DNA of 49,629 nucleotides, counting the filler, from Ionaspis alba (lineage: Eukaryota): assembly GCA_964255285.1 (NCBI GenBank). It is 2 parts of 2 records of this genome, joined end to end, with 100 filler letters (N's around TTAATTAATTAA, not from the genome) between each part and the next. Parts side by side here need not be neighbours in the genome. Positions count along the whole stretch, not along the records: positions 1 to 24,797 come from CAXUUL010000168.1; 1 more part is not named here. The stretch is one strand, 5' to 3'. A program made the position numbers and the translations under genes. Under the pieces are notes generated by a model. That model had not been told where the DNA came from and did not search any database. It saw only the letters and a program-made list of their open reading frames with translations. Of this stretch, positions 11,609 to 24,359 are shown one piece after another; positions within the stretch are counted from its first letter, which is position 1; each line of letters starts with the position of its first letter.

Positions 11609-11992
11609 GATACAGTAAGATGTACAGCATCCAAAATAATTATATCTACATAATGTTCCAGAGTTGCGACTCAGTCAGCGACACCTTCGAGGTGGGGTTA
11701 CTAAGACCGAACATCGTCAGCCCCGCTAAACGTGAAGCCACGAGAGCAGCAGCCACACTAGGGGCTTCACTACAACGCCATCGAGACGACGTCCTCCCAA
11801 ACTGATTGATATGATTTGAGCTTATGACGGGATGCAAATTTGATGATCTTGATTAGGTGGAGATTTATAGCTTTCAGCTACACCTATTACTTTTGTACTT
11901 TCGTGAACCTCATCCCATCCCATTATGTGCAGCGAAGGTGAAACCTAAACGCTTCCCATGGCATGACCTTTCATAGCTTGGATTTGACATCA

Positions 11993-14618
11993 TCAATCAG
12001 CATACCCTACGTCTCTATGAACAGACCCAGACCCATCGAAGCTGGGAGTATCATATGTGCCCTGTGGATCTATTTTCCAAATATTGTTAGCCACCCAAAA
12101 CGAAACATGAACATTGAGAGCATACCTTGGCCGTTCTTCAAGATAAATTCCCTGGTTTTTGTGACTCGGTGTCGAAGATCACTGAGCATCTCATGCATGT
12201 TCAATCTGACCTTCTCGTTCCGAATAGAACCACCTTTGATGGCGGCTTCCGCAACGTCATACCTGCTTACGTTGTTACGAAGCATCATGTCGAATGGAGT
12301 GGTGGTGGAGCCCTCCTCCTTATAGGATTCAATGCTGACCCTCTGCAAGTTAGGGCGGCCGAAGAGTAAACCTTTGAGCTCACCGGCATAACCATGATAG
12401 TTGAAGTGGATAGGCCTATCAGCAGTGAACAGCGCATCGAAGTCCTCCTTTGTCAAGGAATGAGGGTGGGTGCCTTCCAATCCCAGAATCATGAGATCCG
12501 TCACATTGATGACACGAACGCGGAGATCGGGGGCGATGTGACGAAGCATGGCGGCTGCTTCAATGACTTCGAATGTCAATTCTGCACCGATGCCCACAAG
12601 CACAACGTCAGGATCAAGTCCTTCGTCAACGCTGGCAAACTTCCAGACGGAGGCTCCCGCACGGCAATGCGAATCAGCCTCTTCGACTGATAAGAAAACG
12701 GGCTGTGGCTGCTTCGAGCCCACCATGAGGTTCACATAGTTCCTAGATCGAAGACAGTGTGCCAAGGTCGACAGAAACGTGTTTGCATCTGGAGGCAAAT
12801 ATACACGTCCCGCCTGCGGCTTCAGGTTCAAGATAGTGCCTATGAAGCTTGGATTCTGGTGACTAAACCCATTGTGTTCTTGCCGTGTCCAGGTAGACGT
12901 CTCGATATAATTGATACTGCTGATATCCTCGCGCCATTTTGACTCACGAGCCATCTTGTTGAATTTGCTGAACTGGGTAAGCATTGTCTGGATGATCCCA
13001 AGGAAGGATTCGTAAGAAGGGAACAGTCCCGTCCTGCCCGTGAGTGTGTACCCCTGAAGGAAGCCTTGCATGGTGTGTTCACTAAGCATTTCGATCACAC
13101 GACCACCGCGAGCATTGGCGAACTCATCCCATTGGAAATTGCGTGTTGTGTGGTTGAAGACAGCATCAAGCTTATTGCTGACGAGTTCGTCTGGAGAGAA
13201 TATCCTCATAGTGTGTGGATTTTCTACCATTATTCGATCAAGGAGCTCACCGATCGTTTTCATGCAGCTCGCTTGATCGCCCTTTTTCACTCCATACCTG
13301 TGCCAGTCGGGGACTTTCAGGGGTTTGTAGGCGCCGTATGTGCAGAGCTGCTGACCAAGTTTCTTACTGTCGTCCTTGGGAATGATTTTGGTTGCTAGCT
13401 CGGCGATTGCACCTTCTTTTGAAAACAGGTATTGCGGTTTGTAGCTTTCCAGCCATTCTTGAAGCTGTTTCAGCTCTTCCTCGTCTGTTTTGGCACCCAT
13501 CAATGGAACCTGGTGGCTTTTGAAACTTCCTTCCACGAATTCGCCATGGACTTTCTTGGGACAACCCCAACCTTTGGGAGTCCGCATGATCAAGACTGGC
13601 CAGCGTGGCTTCATGATGGGCTTCCCCGAGCGTGCAGCTTTCTGAATTCGTCGTATCTCTTTGAGAGCCCATTCCATGGATACACTCATATCGGTGTCGA
13701 TGTCGTCGAGATCTTCCACAAAGCGACATTGGTAACCATAACCCGTGAACAACGCTACTACTTCCTTGTCATCCATACAACCGTATATGGTTCGTTCACT
13801 GATTTTGAATCCGTTGACATGTACCACCGGTATGACTGCTCCTGATTCCGCAGGATCTATGTACTTGAATCCATGCCATGATGTGCCAGTAGGGCCGCTT
13901 TCAGCCTCACCGTCGCCAACAACACAAGCCACAATAAGATCCGGCTTGTCCATCACCGCTCCGAAGGCAACCGACAGGGCATACCCAAGCTCGCCGCCTT
14001 CGTGTATTGATCCAGGAGTTTCGGCATTGATATGGCTAGGTAGTCCGCCTGGAGTGGAGAATCTAGTGATCAAGTTATGTAGTCCCTTGCGGTCCCTCGT
14101 ATACTGTGGATAAAATCTCTCCATGGAGCCCTCCAGCCACAGCGATGCCAAAATGGCAGGGGCTCCGTGTCCAGGTCCAACGACGTAGATGACGTCAAGG
14201 TCGTGCTTTGATGCCAGTAGGTTGAGATGAGAATATACAAGTGTCAGGCCTGGACAAGTGCCCCAGTGCCCTGTTTTGATCGCTGGTCAACTTATTTCAT
14301 AGGATGACTCTCGGGCTTCGTACCTAGTAGCCTTGGCTTGATATCGTCGAACGTCAACTTTCTTTCAAGCAGAACATTGTCCCGTAGAAAGATCATAGCT
14401 AGACAGTGGTGTCAGCGATATATTCCTAGATCATCAACACATTCAATAAACCAACCAGCAGCGATGTAGTTGGCGGCACGGCGAAATGCCTGCAAGCCAT
14501 CGTAGGTCTCCTCGTCAAGCTTCGTCTTCTCCAATTTGACAGCCAATGAGAGTACGTCATCTGGAATGTTTGAGGGTAACGGCTGCGGATTCGGACGGTC
14601 AATTACTTCTCCAGGCAT
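11993..14618 (-). CDS. xpkA: Xylulose-5-phosphate/fructose-6-phosphate phosphoketolase
   Basis: ATG 14618. Introns approx. 14455-14399, 14323-14271 and 12125-12070. Motifs PRLLG|HWGTCPG, ETPGSIHEGGELGY, GDGEAE, EMLSEH and RQEHNGFSHQNP. Confidence 0.95.
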
Positions 14619-15195
14619 GTTGATGTTTAGTGAGCTTGATGTTGAAATTGATATTCGAAAGCTCAAGAATGCTTGATGGTGAACAACACTAGGAGAGCAG
14701 GTGGCGTTCTCTTTCTAGCACTCATCATGGAAGTGTTCCGCAACTCGAGAGTCTGCAAGAAGCACGGGTGCCGGCGGCTGGCGCTGCTTCGATGAAGACG
14801 TCTGCATGAGATTCACGTAGAATCCGGTTCAGGGTCCAGGGTCCAGCGGTGTTCGGGTACATCGCTTCCTTCACATGCCACCCGGTTCGTCCCCTAACAT
14901 CCCCGATGACGCTGAATGCCCGGAGGGATACTCCCGCCAAAGGTCCCCGCTATTATAGTCCTTGGGAACTCGGACATGCTCCCCATTCCTAGTACCATCA
15001 TACTGCAAGTGATATACCTCCTAGGTAGGTAAATTGGTGAAGTTGCAGCAGTGATTCTTATTTGCTCATAGTTTCACTCAAGTAGCACAGTTTTAGCTTC
15101 AGTCTCGCATCTGTTCATTTCTAGCTGTTAAGGCTGTGTGGTGACATCCAAGAGTCTATGATCAAAAGCCGAAAGACCTCAGCAATTCAACAGCC

Positions 15196-16605
15196 ATGAG
15201 ATCGAAGATCATTCTTGCCATCAACTCCGGTTCAAGCAGTGTTAAAGTCTCATGCTACGAAGCCAAGGAAATAGGGCAAGACCCTCGAAAATTGGCAGAC
15301 GCGGAGGTCGCCGGTCTGACTGCACCTCCAGCCACTTTGAAGTACACCACTGGTTCCACGTCTATCAAAGGCCAAGAGCTCAAGGACATTAATTCTCAGG
15401 AGGATGCTTTTGATTATTTACTGAATCACTTGGTGGAAGACGATGGCGTGCAGCAGGTAAAGTCAAAGGACGATATCACGCATGCCTGCCATCGTGTTGT
15501 CCATGGGGGAGACTTCTCGGGTCCTCATGTCGTAGACTCGGAAACATATCATATGCTAGAAGAACTTACGGATCTTGCTCCGTTGCACAACAAGGCTGCT
15601 CTTACCATTGTTGAAGCATGCACCAAGCTACTACCCAAAGCAGAAAATATAGCCACTTTCGACTCGTCTTTCCATCAAAGTCTGCCGGAGGCCGTCAGGA
15701 CATTCCTAATTGATCCCCAAGTGGCGAAAAAGAACAAGCTGCGCAAATATGGATTCCATGGTATCAGCTATGCCTTTATCGCTCGGTCTGTATCGGAGTT
15801 CCTGCGGAAAGATGTCCAGCAGACAAGCATCATTGCTCTCCATCTTGGGAGCGGTGCATCTGCTTGTGCCATCAAGAACGGGAGGTCTGTTGATACAAGT
15901 ATGTCGCTCACACCATTAGATGGCTTAGGAGGTGCCACAAGGAGCGGCAGCCTTGATCCTAGGTACTTTCCTCATGCTCCAGGACGAACAGGGTTGTATG
16001 GTTGACGTGTCGTAGCCTGATATTCCACTTCACCCATGACGCGGGGAAACCCAGTCCAAGTAGCACCAAAGAAATGCATATCAGTACAGTACGACGCCAC
16101 TCGGCCCAATCATATCTTAGCTGATTACCTTTCAGGCCGAGGAAATTCTCAACAAGAAGTCAGGATGGAAAGCCCTGACAGGAACGACCGACTTTGGCAA
16201 GATCGCAGCCTCCGAGTCTCCTGAATGCAAGCTCGCCTTTGACATCTTCGTAGATAGAATCCTTGGCTTCCTTGGTTCCTACTATGTCAAATTGGAGGGC
16301 CAGGTTGATGCCTTGGTGTTTGCAGGAGGGATTGGAGAGAAGGGTGCGTCGCTCAGAAAGGCGATCGTAGATAAATGTAAATGTCTTGGGTTCGAACTTG
16401 ACAACGAGAAGAACGACGTGGAGATAAAGGATGTGGTTCAAGATATTGGTAGGGAAAGCTCCAGACATCGAGTTCTGGTCTGCCAAACAGACGAGCAGGT
16501 CAGTCGGGAATCCCACCTTTCATTCAATGTCAGAAAACTGACGGCGGCCTCCAGTTCGAAATGGCTAGGGCGTGTTCGGTACGAGAGGATGTGGGAAATC
16601 CGTAG
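15196..16605 (+). CDS. ackA: Acetate kinase
   Basis: Motifs INSGSSSVK, HRVVHGG, LAPLHN, YGFHGISY, HLGSGAS, TRSGSLDP, FAGGIGE and QTDEQ|FEMA. Introns 15963-16015, 16089-16135 and 16499-16554. Confidence 0.95.
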
Positions 16606-17162
16606 AAGGCACAAACAGATACCGTTCAGTATTCAAATAGACTCCTCGGAGCTTGTGTCAACTGACATGGACGTTGTTACTGGTCGGAAGGTCTCTTGCC
16701 GTACGGCTGTTGTGCCTATTTAGTTAATGAGTCAACGAAGAAGTGGACTGATCAAAACTCGATCATAGTTTTTGATATTGGTTTGAAGAATAGATGTTGA
16801 GATCACAAAGTCTTTGGACTTATCGAGTTGAACGGAACTAAAACAGATTCTGAGGGACATTCTGACTTGGAAGACCACCTGCCGATAACGATGCGCCTGA
16901 GCCTTCAGATCCCTGCTGGCTGGAAGAGAAGACAAGGGTATCAATCATACGCTTTTGAAGAAGAGTAAATCAATCACGGAAAATTCGTGTCCACTCTTCG
17001 AGTAGACGATATATCATGAAGCTCGCCAGGGGTCGAAGTAACCAATATATTGTAAGCCGTGATTTGCAAATCTGGAACGATAAGACGAAGCGACCGACTG
17101 AGGATGTTGCGACGTTGAGATCGAACGAGTCGATTGGTGGAAGAAATATCCTCTTGTCAGCT

Positions 17163-18644
17163 TCACTTTCTTCGTTGCTTTTTTGACCTAGAACTTCCAG
17201 CCTCATCAGTGCCCTCGCTAGCACTCCCGTCGCTGCCCGTACTGCCTCTTTTCTGCTCCTTCCTGAATCCCTTTCCTTCATTGCCTTTCTTCACCTGTAC
17301 ATTTGCACCCTGTCGCTTGAGATCTCGCGTCAGTGGTGTGCTGGACCTCATGCCAGGGAAATCCTTGGCACTATACACTTCGAAGACATCGCTATCCACG
17401 ACACCCATCGTTGGTGTCCTTCCTCCAATGGACATGAGATCAGCACCCACGACCATCAGAGTAAACCGGAGTCTGTAAAGCCCGTTCTGACGACAAGAAA
17501 GATCGTGAAAGATAAAGAAGCATCCCAGTCGGTTGTTCTCGTGGTCCGAAGCCGGTGCTTCGGGATCCGTGCCGACAAATGGGCTTGCGACCAAAGTACC
17601 CATGAGACGACGACTGTGCTTGTCGGTGTTGTTGGGATCTGGGGTAGTGGTCACATCCTGACCAGTCGCAATGGCTGACGATGGATGCGGAACAGAATAC
17701 AAGGCGCAGTGAACAACATTCATAGGCCAGCGCAACAGTGCTAGGTCCTCTGATGATTCGGGGTCGAAATCTGCAAGTGTCATCTGCAAGATTGGTGGAG
17801 GATCGATGACCCGTCGGTCTCGCTCACCAAAGCCACAGGCCCGTGCTGCAATGGGCTGCTGACGAATTATGAGCCCGTATCGACTTTGGCTACTAGATCT
17901 TAGCAACTATGTAGGTAGGCAGCGGAGGCCAGGACTGCTTGCTCACCTATCCAGCGGCCCCGCACTTGCTGCCAGCACGGGATCTGACCGAACCGTGTCG
18001 CTGAATGCAGCAAGCCCCTGGCGAGGTGAAGGCTCCGAGCTGTGGTACGGACTTTCCGATTTGTAATGAGTGGATCCAGTCGGCGAAGTTCGAGGTAAAG
18101 AATGAGAGCTATGGTCATCTCCCAATGAGCCAGTTCTACTTCGGTCAAGATAGTCATAGCTTCTTGACGGAAAGTGCGGCGATTCGACACGACGAGTGTA
18201 CGGTGATTGCTCGGGTCCTAGGATGGTTTGCGAAGAAATCTGCATTCGATCTTTCGGCGATGCTGTAGGTCTGAATTGAGGTGGTGAATACGACTCAGTG
18301 TGGAGCAGATTCGACAATGGTGCTCCTAGTGGTGGCTTGATAGTTGGGCTGGCTCTGGGAGGGGCCATGTATGGCTGCTCTGTAGCCTTGCCATAGGAGC
18401 TTGGACGCAGCTGAAGAGGTGCACCATGGCGTGTGCTTTGCTGAGGTTGGTCTGGAAAAGATTGCGCTGGGGCTGAAAGTGATGTCCGAGAGTGCGGCGG
18501 AGGTAGAAATGGGGTTGGTACAAATTGATGAAGACTTATTGGCGGAAGCTGAGTCGTGGCCATGCTATATGTCGGACCTGTCGAAGCTGTACTTCCTGGA
18601 GGAACAGATGATGGTGGAGGTAATGGAGGAGGTCTTCCGGACAT
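17163..18644 (-). CDS. velC: Velvet-domain regulator, VelC type
   Basis: Long Pro/Ser-rich N-terminus, intron 17946-17893, then a C-terminal velvet domain RQQPIAARACGFGERDRRVIDPPPILQ...FHDLSCRQNGLYRLRF...FEVYSAKDFPGM. Confidence 0.85.
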
Positions 18645-19554
18645 AGATCATGTGCATTGAAGCCTGGCTTGGCCACATCCCAGACGCCGTGGCCTTATAT
18701 CACACATATGTAGAGCACAAAATCCCGGATCAGACGATCTAGTATAGGATCACTCGCCAACGCAGAGACGACAATTGAGGGGTGAACGATTGTGACACAA
18801 AGCCATGCAGAGAAAACTAGGGTTTGAGATAGGAAAGAAAGTTTCTAAGTGGGATTGAAGAGCTTATGCGTGTCTATCAGCAATCAGCTGGGTAACGTCG
18901 TGCATCATTGGGCGAAAGTTGCCGCTCAAGATCGTCACGCCTCAACCTTGTTCAGTCGACGAGAACAGGGACCCAACCATACGGGATGAAGCCAGCTGCA
19001 GGTGCGATCTAGATCTGAAGCGAATAGCCTGGTGCTAGGACGGGGAAACCGTTGAGAGCGGCGAAACAATCCTGGGGTTGTCCTGGAAGCGGATATGGTA
19101 GGATGGAAGAAATCCGAGTTGACCCCATGCCAAGCCTATGCAGGTGAGTCGCGAGAGATCTCAGGACGGCGGCTAAGTGGGTAGGAAAACAGCCGGCCGA
19201 GGAAGGGAAGCCTGCGATCATGGGAGGCGATTATCTCCAAAATGGCATGAATCCTCGGACGAGGCCAGGTTCGAGAGAGCGGGGATCATGTCGAGCTGTG
19301 AGGCACAGAGGCAACAGGAGATGCAGCGCAGACGGTGGCTACCCAACGATGATGTTCTGCAGATCCATTCCCCGGGCTAGGTTCCTGCATGTTCGAATTA
19401 GAAGAATCCGCTGTAGATGGCATGCGAAGTGCCAGGATTGAAATCAGGGTTGGAAATCGTTGGCATCTGGCGGTGAATTGGTAGAGAAGACGCCCTCGGT
19501 CTCTGGATAGCTTGGGGAACTAATAATTCTAGGAGACCGAGGAATCAAATGTTA

Positions 19555-19591
19555 TTTTTTTTTCTTCTTCTTCTTCTTCTTCTTCTTCTTC
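19555..19591. repeat. poly-T plus (TTC)n microsatellite
   Basis: A run of T followed by about 9 CTT/TTC units. Confidence 0.9.
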
Positions 19592-19835
19592 CCGACGCCA
19601 CGAACAGGCAGGGAGCCATGTGAATGGACGTTAGGAACGATTGTGACCGATACTATGTGGCTTGCAGCCATGTCTTAGCTGGCGAGAGGCAACACGCCGT
19701 GTCCGGTGGCGGGAGATTTGGGTCACCCCGATTAAGGCAGTGAGTTGAGGGAGGCGTACTGCGTACCCCGGAGAATAGCCCAGGATAGCAATGGTGGCCG
19801 GGGGACCTCATTGCCACTAGGCCCACCTAACGGTC

Positions 19836-19935
19836 NNNNNNNNNNNNNNNNNNNNNNNNNNNNNNNNNNNNNNNNNNNNNNNNNNNNNNNNNNNNNNNNN
19901 NNNNNNNNNNNNNNNNNNNNNNNNNNNNNNNNNNN
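19836..19935. other. 100-N assembly gap flanked by an identical 55-bp direct duplication
   Basis: 19781-19835 is identical to 19936-19990 (caggatagcaatggtgg...cctaacggtc). Confidence 0.95.
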
Positions 19936-22813
19936 CAGGATAGCAATGGTGGCCGGGGGACCTCATTGCCACTAGGCCCACCTAACGGTCTACTAAGCAC
20001 CCCTCTAATCGATCATCCCTCCTTCTATTGAGTCGCTAGACCTCTGAACCGAAAATATACCCGCAGCAAGATTATTTCGGTCCCTCTCTCTTTTTGCAAT
20101 CACTGACCGCAACCCTACAGGCTGTATTGGCTAAGGTTACTTCTCCGAAAGCGCACAGTGGCTTGATCGAGTCATTTCGAGCCTTGTAACAGCTGAAGCT
20201 CGCTCTGGGAAGCCTCGTTTCCCGGCAGGTCGCCGAAGAGATTAGGGCATTTCGCTTCGCGGCTTAATTCTGACCTCGTCACTAGGGTTCGACGGTTGCA
20301 CAACGCTCACGTTGTCCCCAACGACCATCCGAGTTTTTGACACTTGATGGCTGGAAGTCAGTGCGCCTGCAGTGCAGCAATCTCATCGCTGATTGTCACT
20401 CTCTAATCCCTGGCTGCAGCTGTCAAAGCAGCATTAGACTCTCTGCATGCTCGGGAAGTCCAATTGCCTCTAGCCAAATCCACGGCATGTTGCATCTTTC
20501 CTATCCAGAACCCGGAACCACCACATCAAAACCCCTGCCGAGGGTACTCCATCTCCTTTGGTCATGAGACCGGACCTCACCAGCCACAACATCCTCTTTT
20601 ATCGGAAGCCTGGGTCGGGAGGTTCCAAGTGTGGGTGCTGATCTTTCCAGATTGCTACCACATTGGCGTTGGGCCCTGGAGCGGATTCGAGATCTGCAAT
20701 GCCTAGGTCAATTGTATGGAAAACAAGTGCAACATATCACGATGATTTCATTGAGGACAGGCACAAGGTGGTAAGCAACAGGAACGAGGTAGGCAAGATT
20801 CGCAGACTATCTTACTCTAGCGGTAGTGTCATGTTCCTTCTTGCATCGACAGGCTGCACGATCTCTCAACTTTCGATCAGGGGCATTGAGCACGACAGCC
20901 TACCATGCGGAAACGAGCGAAATTGCTTGTTTATCTTTCGTGGTTCAGTCCTCCAAGTCGGGATACCCCCACCTGCCGTCAAGAATAATCTGGAGTATCA
21001 ACGACCACATCCTGGAGGTCTTTGCTGTATCTGCAACGGCAAGTATAGGATAAATCCTACTGTTGTCCGCAGATTTCTTTCTCTCTGCTAACTGCAAGCA
21101 TTCCTGGCATTGCATATGTGGCACAAGTTGCCAGCAACCTGTTCCGCATTGTGAATTGAGCTGCATTAGGTCACAACGTCTGGGGGGCGACCGTGATAGC
21201 CGTTAGCTGTCACCATTACTTACCTCGAAGCGAATCGGAATGAATTAGTTCAGAAGCCATTCTCATTCTCAAGAGCATTTACCCTGCATTTGCTTGACAT
21301 ATGTTGTGTAGCGGGACATACGATTATTGGCTACGGTACATTGATATGTCTGCTTTGCGTACATGGGACCCAGGAAATTTATCCACATGGCCGAGCATCT
21401 TCGATTGGCCTTTCTAGCGTCGTACTAGACAACCAGAAGCTGTGCCAACCCTTGGTCTCTGATCTCTGGCCCAGCGCAAGTATTGCTTCATTCCAGGATT
21501 GAGTCATGATAGCGCGGACCAAATCACAAAAGCTCTCAATTTGACACGGCTTTTCTTTTTTCTAGTCTGCCTTGGCATAACGCGCCAGCAACCATTTCCG
21601 TTGACAATCCACTTGGCGCGTCATACCACCTGGTCACTGCAGCTGTCAAAACCACACTGTGGGGACTCATCCCCGTCGCTGGATACGTCTTATAGACTAC
21701 GATGGATCACATTTCGGTTGGCTCTGATTCCGATGATGACTACTAAGCCAATACGGCTGGACTTGTGAGCAATTACTGACAGCGAATCAAGGTTCACACA
21801 GCCCACGGGTAATTGCCTGCAAACACTAACTCCATTGATTGACACATCGTTAGTTGCTTGATCGGATGCAAAGTTGATGGGATGAACTAAGAGTCCTCTC
21901 TGCACAGTAGCTGCAGATGGCACCCAGGGTGAAGTATCACGTTAGCTCTGGGATCCACTAACTCTACCTTTCCTCAAAGCGCGTGGACGACAGATGACGA
22001 CTGCGCAGTAGTCGTCTTCAACATGGCGCTTTTTGATCACACCTTTCGCCCCCGCCTCACTATGCCGAGTTTAGGGCCGTGCTCATCTTCAAGCATCCTC
22101 CCTGAATCGACGACCCGATCTTGCTTTCGAATTAAAACTCACTAACGGTCATTCGGCAATTCCTTCTAGTTTTCAGCGGCAAAGTCGGCCTCCAGGCCAC
22201 CACCCTGGAGAATCGATCGCCATGGTTCGTTGACTTAGGCCACGGATCAATGAACGGAGGGTTAACTCGCTCAATGAGGCGCCTGAGAGCTGGCTATGTC
22301 GTTTGATTTCGAGGATAATATTGCATTTCGAGAGTCTCCCTATAAGGGCAAAACGCAAAGCAAGACCCATTGTGGTCTCATGAGGCATTATACGCTGTGA
22401 GATATTCTCCAATCAACATTAGTGAAAGGCTCCCATTTCTTTTTGGCAAAGAATGCGGCTACCTCATCCTAGACCAGCCCTCGTCCAATAATTGGCACCA
22501 CCGACATAGGTAACATCCAAGAAAATTAATAGCAGCTCAACATCTGTGTTGTGGTCGGGAATTCGACCCTGAACGAGGCCATGTCCTGACCGGTACAGGT
22601 CGATCTACAGTCCTCAAACGCCAAGTGGTGTGTTGAGTCGTAAATCCTTCAGCACGACCCGACCACCAGAGCGTGGAAGGACCCACCCCAACTCTACGAG
22701 ACCGTTGGCGTGTCCTGAGCTCTGCGGCGCAACCGTGCAGGACATATTGGGGCAAGTTGAACCGAAAGGGGCTCGAGTTCCTTAAGCCACTTTTCAGGAG
22801 GCAGATCCTGAGA

Positions 22814-24239
22814 TCATCTTCTACTGCTTATGGCGGCTGTTTGCTGCTGCCTGGCGCCTTCTGCAAGGGCAACATCTCTTCCCAAAACGTCCATTCGTGT
22901 GAAATCGACCTGTTTGTTGTACCATCCTTCTCTCACTTGTAGGACTGGGCCAGGATCCCTGATAGGAGAAGATTTTGCAGCTGTTTCGAGCCATTCCAAG
23001 CCCTTCCGGTCCTCTCCTAGTTTGCGTAGTGTAATTGCAAGATATAGCCTGCTTTCGCCGATACGACTGTGGTCGGGGGATTCGGCAGCGACACGGAACC
23101 ATGCTGCTGCCATCTTCCAGCACGTATCACCAGCGTCTGATGATGAAACAGGCTCAAGGTTGTTCTCTATTTGCTGATCTCCTGAATTCTTGCCAGTCCC
23201 CTTGCGACGGACCGGTGCTTCTCCGCGGCTCAAAGAAGCTGCCTGACCTTGAGCAAAATAATGCAAACCAAGCTTGTGCGCGGCCAATACTACGCCAGAA
23301 GACGCAGCTTTCAACATGTACTGTAGAGCTTGCGGGTTTGCTGTCTGCCAGCGTCTGTCTGCTAGCCAATAGTATGCCCAAGGATCGTCGTATTGAAACG
23401 CTGCAATCTCGTAGGCTTTCTCCGCTCCGCTCTCGTCTCTGTTCTTTGCTTTCAGCTTTGCAATTGCCATCCAAGCTTCACCGAGATCATCAATAGAGTC
23501 CGCAATTGCAGGATTATCACTGTTTGCTTGCCCACCCACTGATTTCTCGTAAAGATGCAGCGCTCTTTCTGGCTCACCTTGAATTTCAAGTATTCGGGCT
23601 TGAAGCATCATGGCTGAAGGACTTCCTGCCTCCACGAGCTGACGCAAATGACTCCTAGCAGGTGCTATACTAGGCGAGGAAAGCTTTGAGTTTCTAATGG
23701 CCTCTGATATAAGAAATTTGCTAGCTTCAGCATCCCGCTGTTCTGAGGCTGACAGTAAGAGGCTGGTTGCCACAGAGTAATGCTCCGGCAATCCAGCACG
23801 AAGTAGGACTTTTGCAAGCATAGTCAAGGTCGATGACTCAATGCCATGATCTAGATTCCGTGAATATCAAAGGAGCTCAGGATACATTCATGGCATATCA
23901 TGTACCTTGACATAATTGTTCCACATCCCCCGTGGTAGGTCTCTTCAACTTGCCGAGCTTGGCATAGTCATCCAAGATGAACATAGACTGAGCCGCAGAT
24001 ACCGGTACTGCACCAGACTTGAAAGCTTGCTTGAAAATATTTATCGGCCAATTCAAGATTCTGTCAGCCGAAGCTCGAGGTATTGAATTCGGCTTTTTGC
24101 GGACCAATCCTAGACCTTTTGCAGTGGGCGACCGTCCCGTTGCAAGAAAACATGGCGACGTCGATAGCCTAGCTTTCGGAATGGTTAATAATAAAGCTCG
24201 AATGACAGGCCGTCGGTGCGGCGTAGAGCCACAGTTCAT
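22814..24239 (-). CDS. Sel1/TPR-like helical-repeat protein, probably mitochondrial (possibly Mss2-like)
   Basis: Basic, Arg/Ser/Leu-rich N-terminus. Intron 23905-23851 joins ORF 23898..24239 to ORF 22814..23827. Repeats such as AYEIAAFQYDDPWAYY, MLKAASSGVVLAAHKLG and AAAWFRVAAE. Confidence 0.65.
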
Positions 24240-24359
24240 GACACAGTTGTTTTTGCTGAAGCTCCCAGTAGAGCTTCGAAGTTGCCTCAGGGACTCAGAC
24301 CCTGGTAGAAGACCGGATCAATATTGATCCGTATAACCTCTCCCTAGGGTCTGAGTCCG

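Noticed and set aside
19781..19990. 55-bp direct repeat flanking the N gap as a possible LTR or TSD
   Set aside because: The identical copies abut both gap edges, which is typical of unmerged overlapping contig ends.
22420..22780. Stretches faintly resembling RNase P/MRP conserved regions (gggaattcg, aaccgaaaggggctc)
   Set aside because: The complementary P4 pairing could not be established by eye; an Infernal search is needed.
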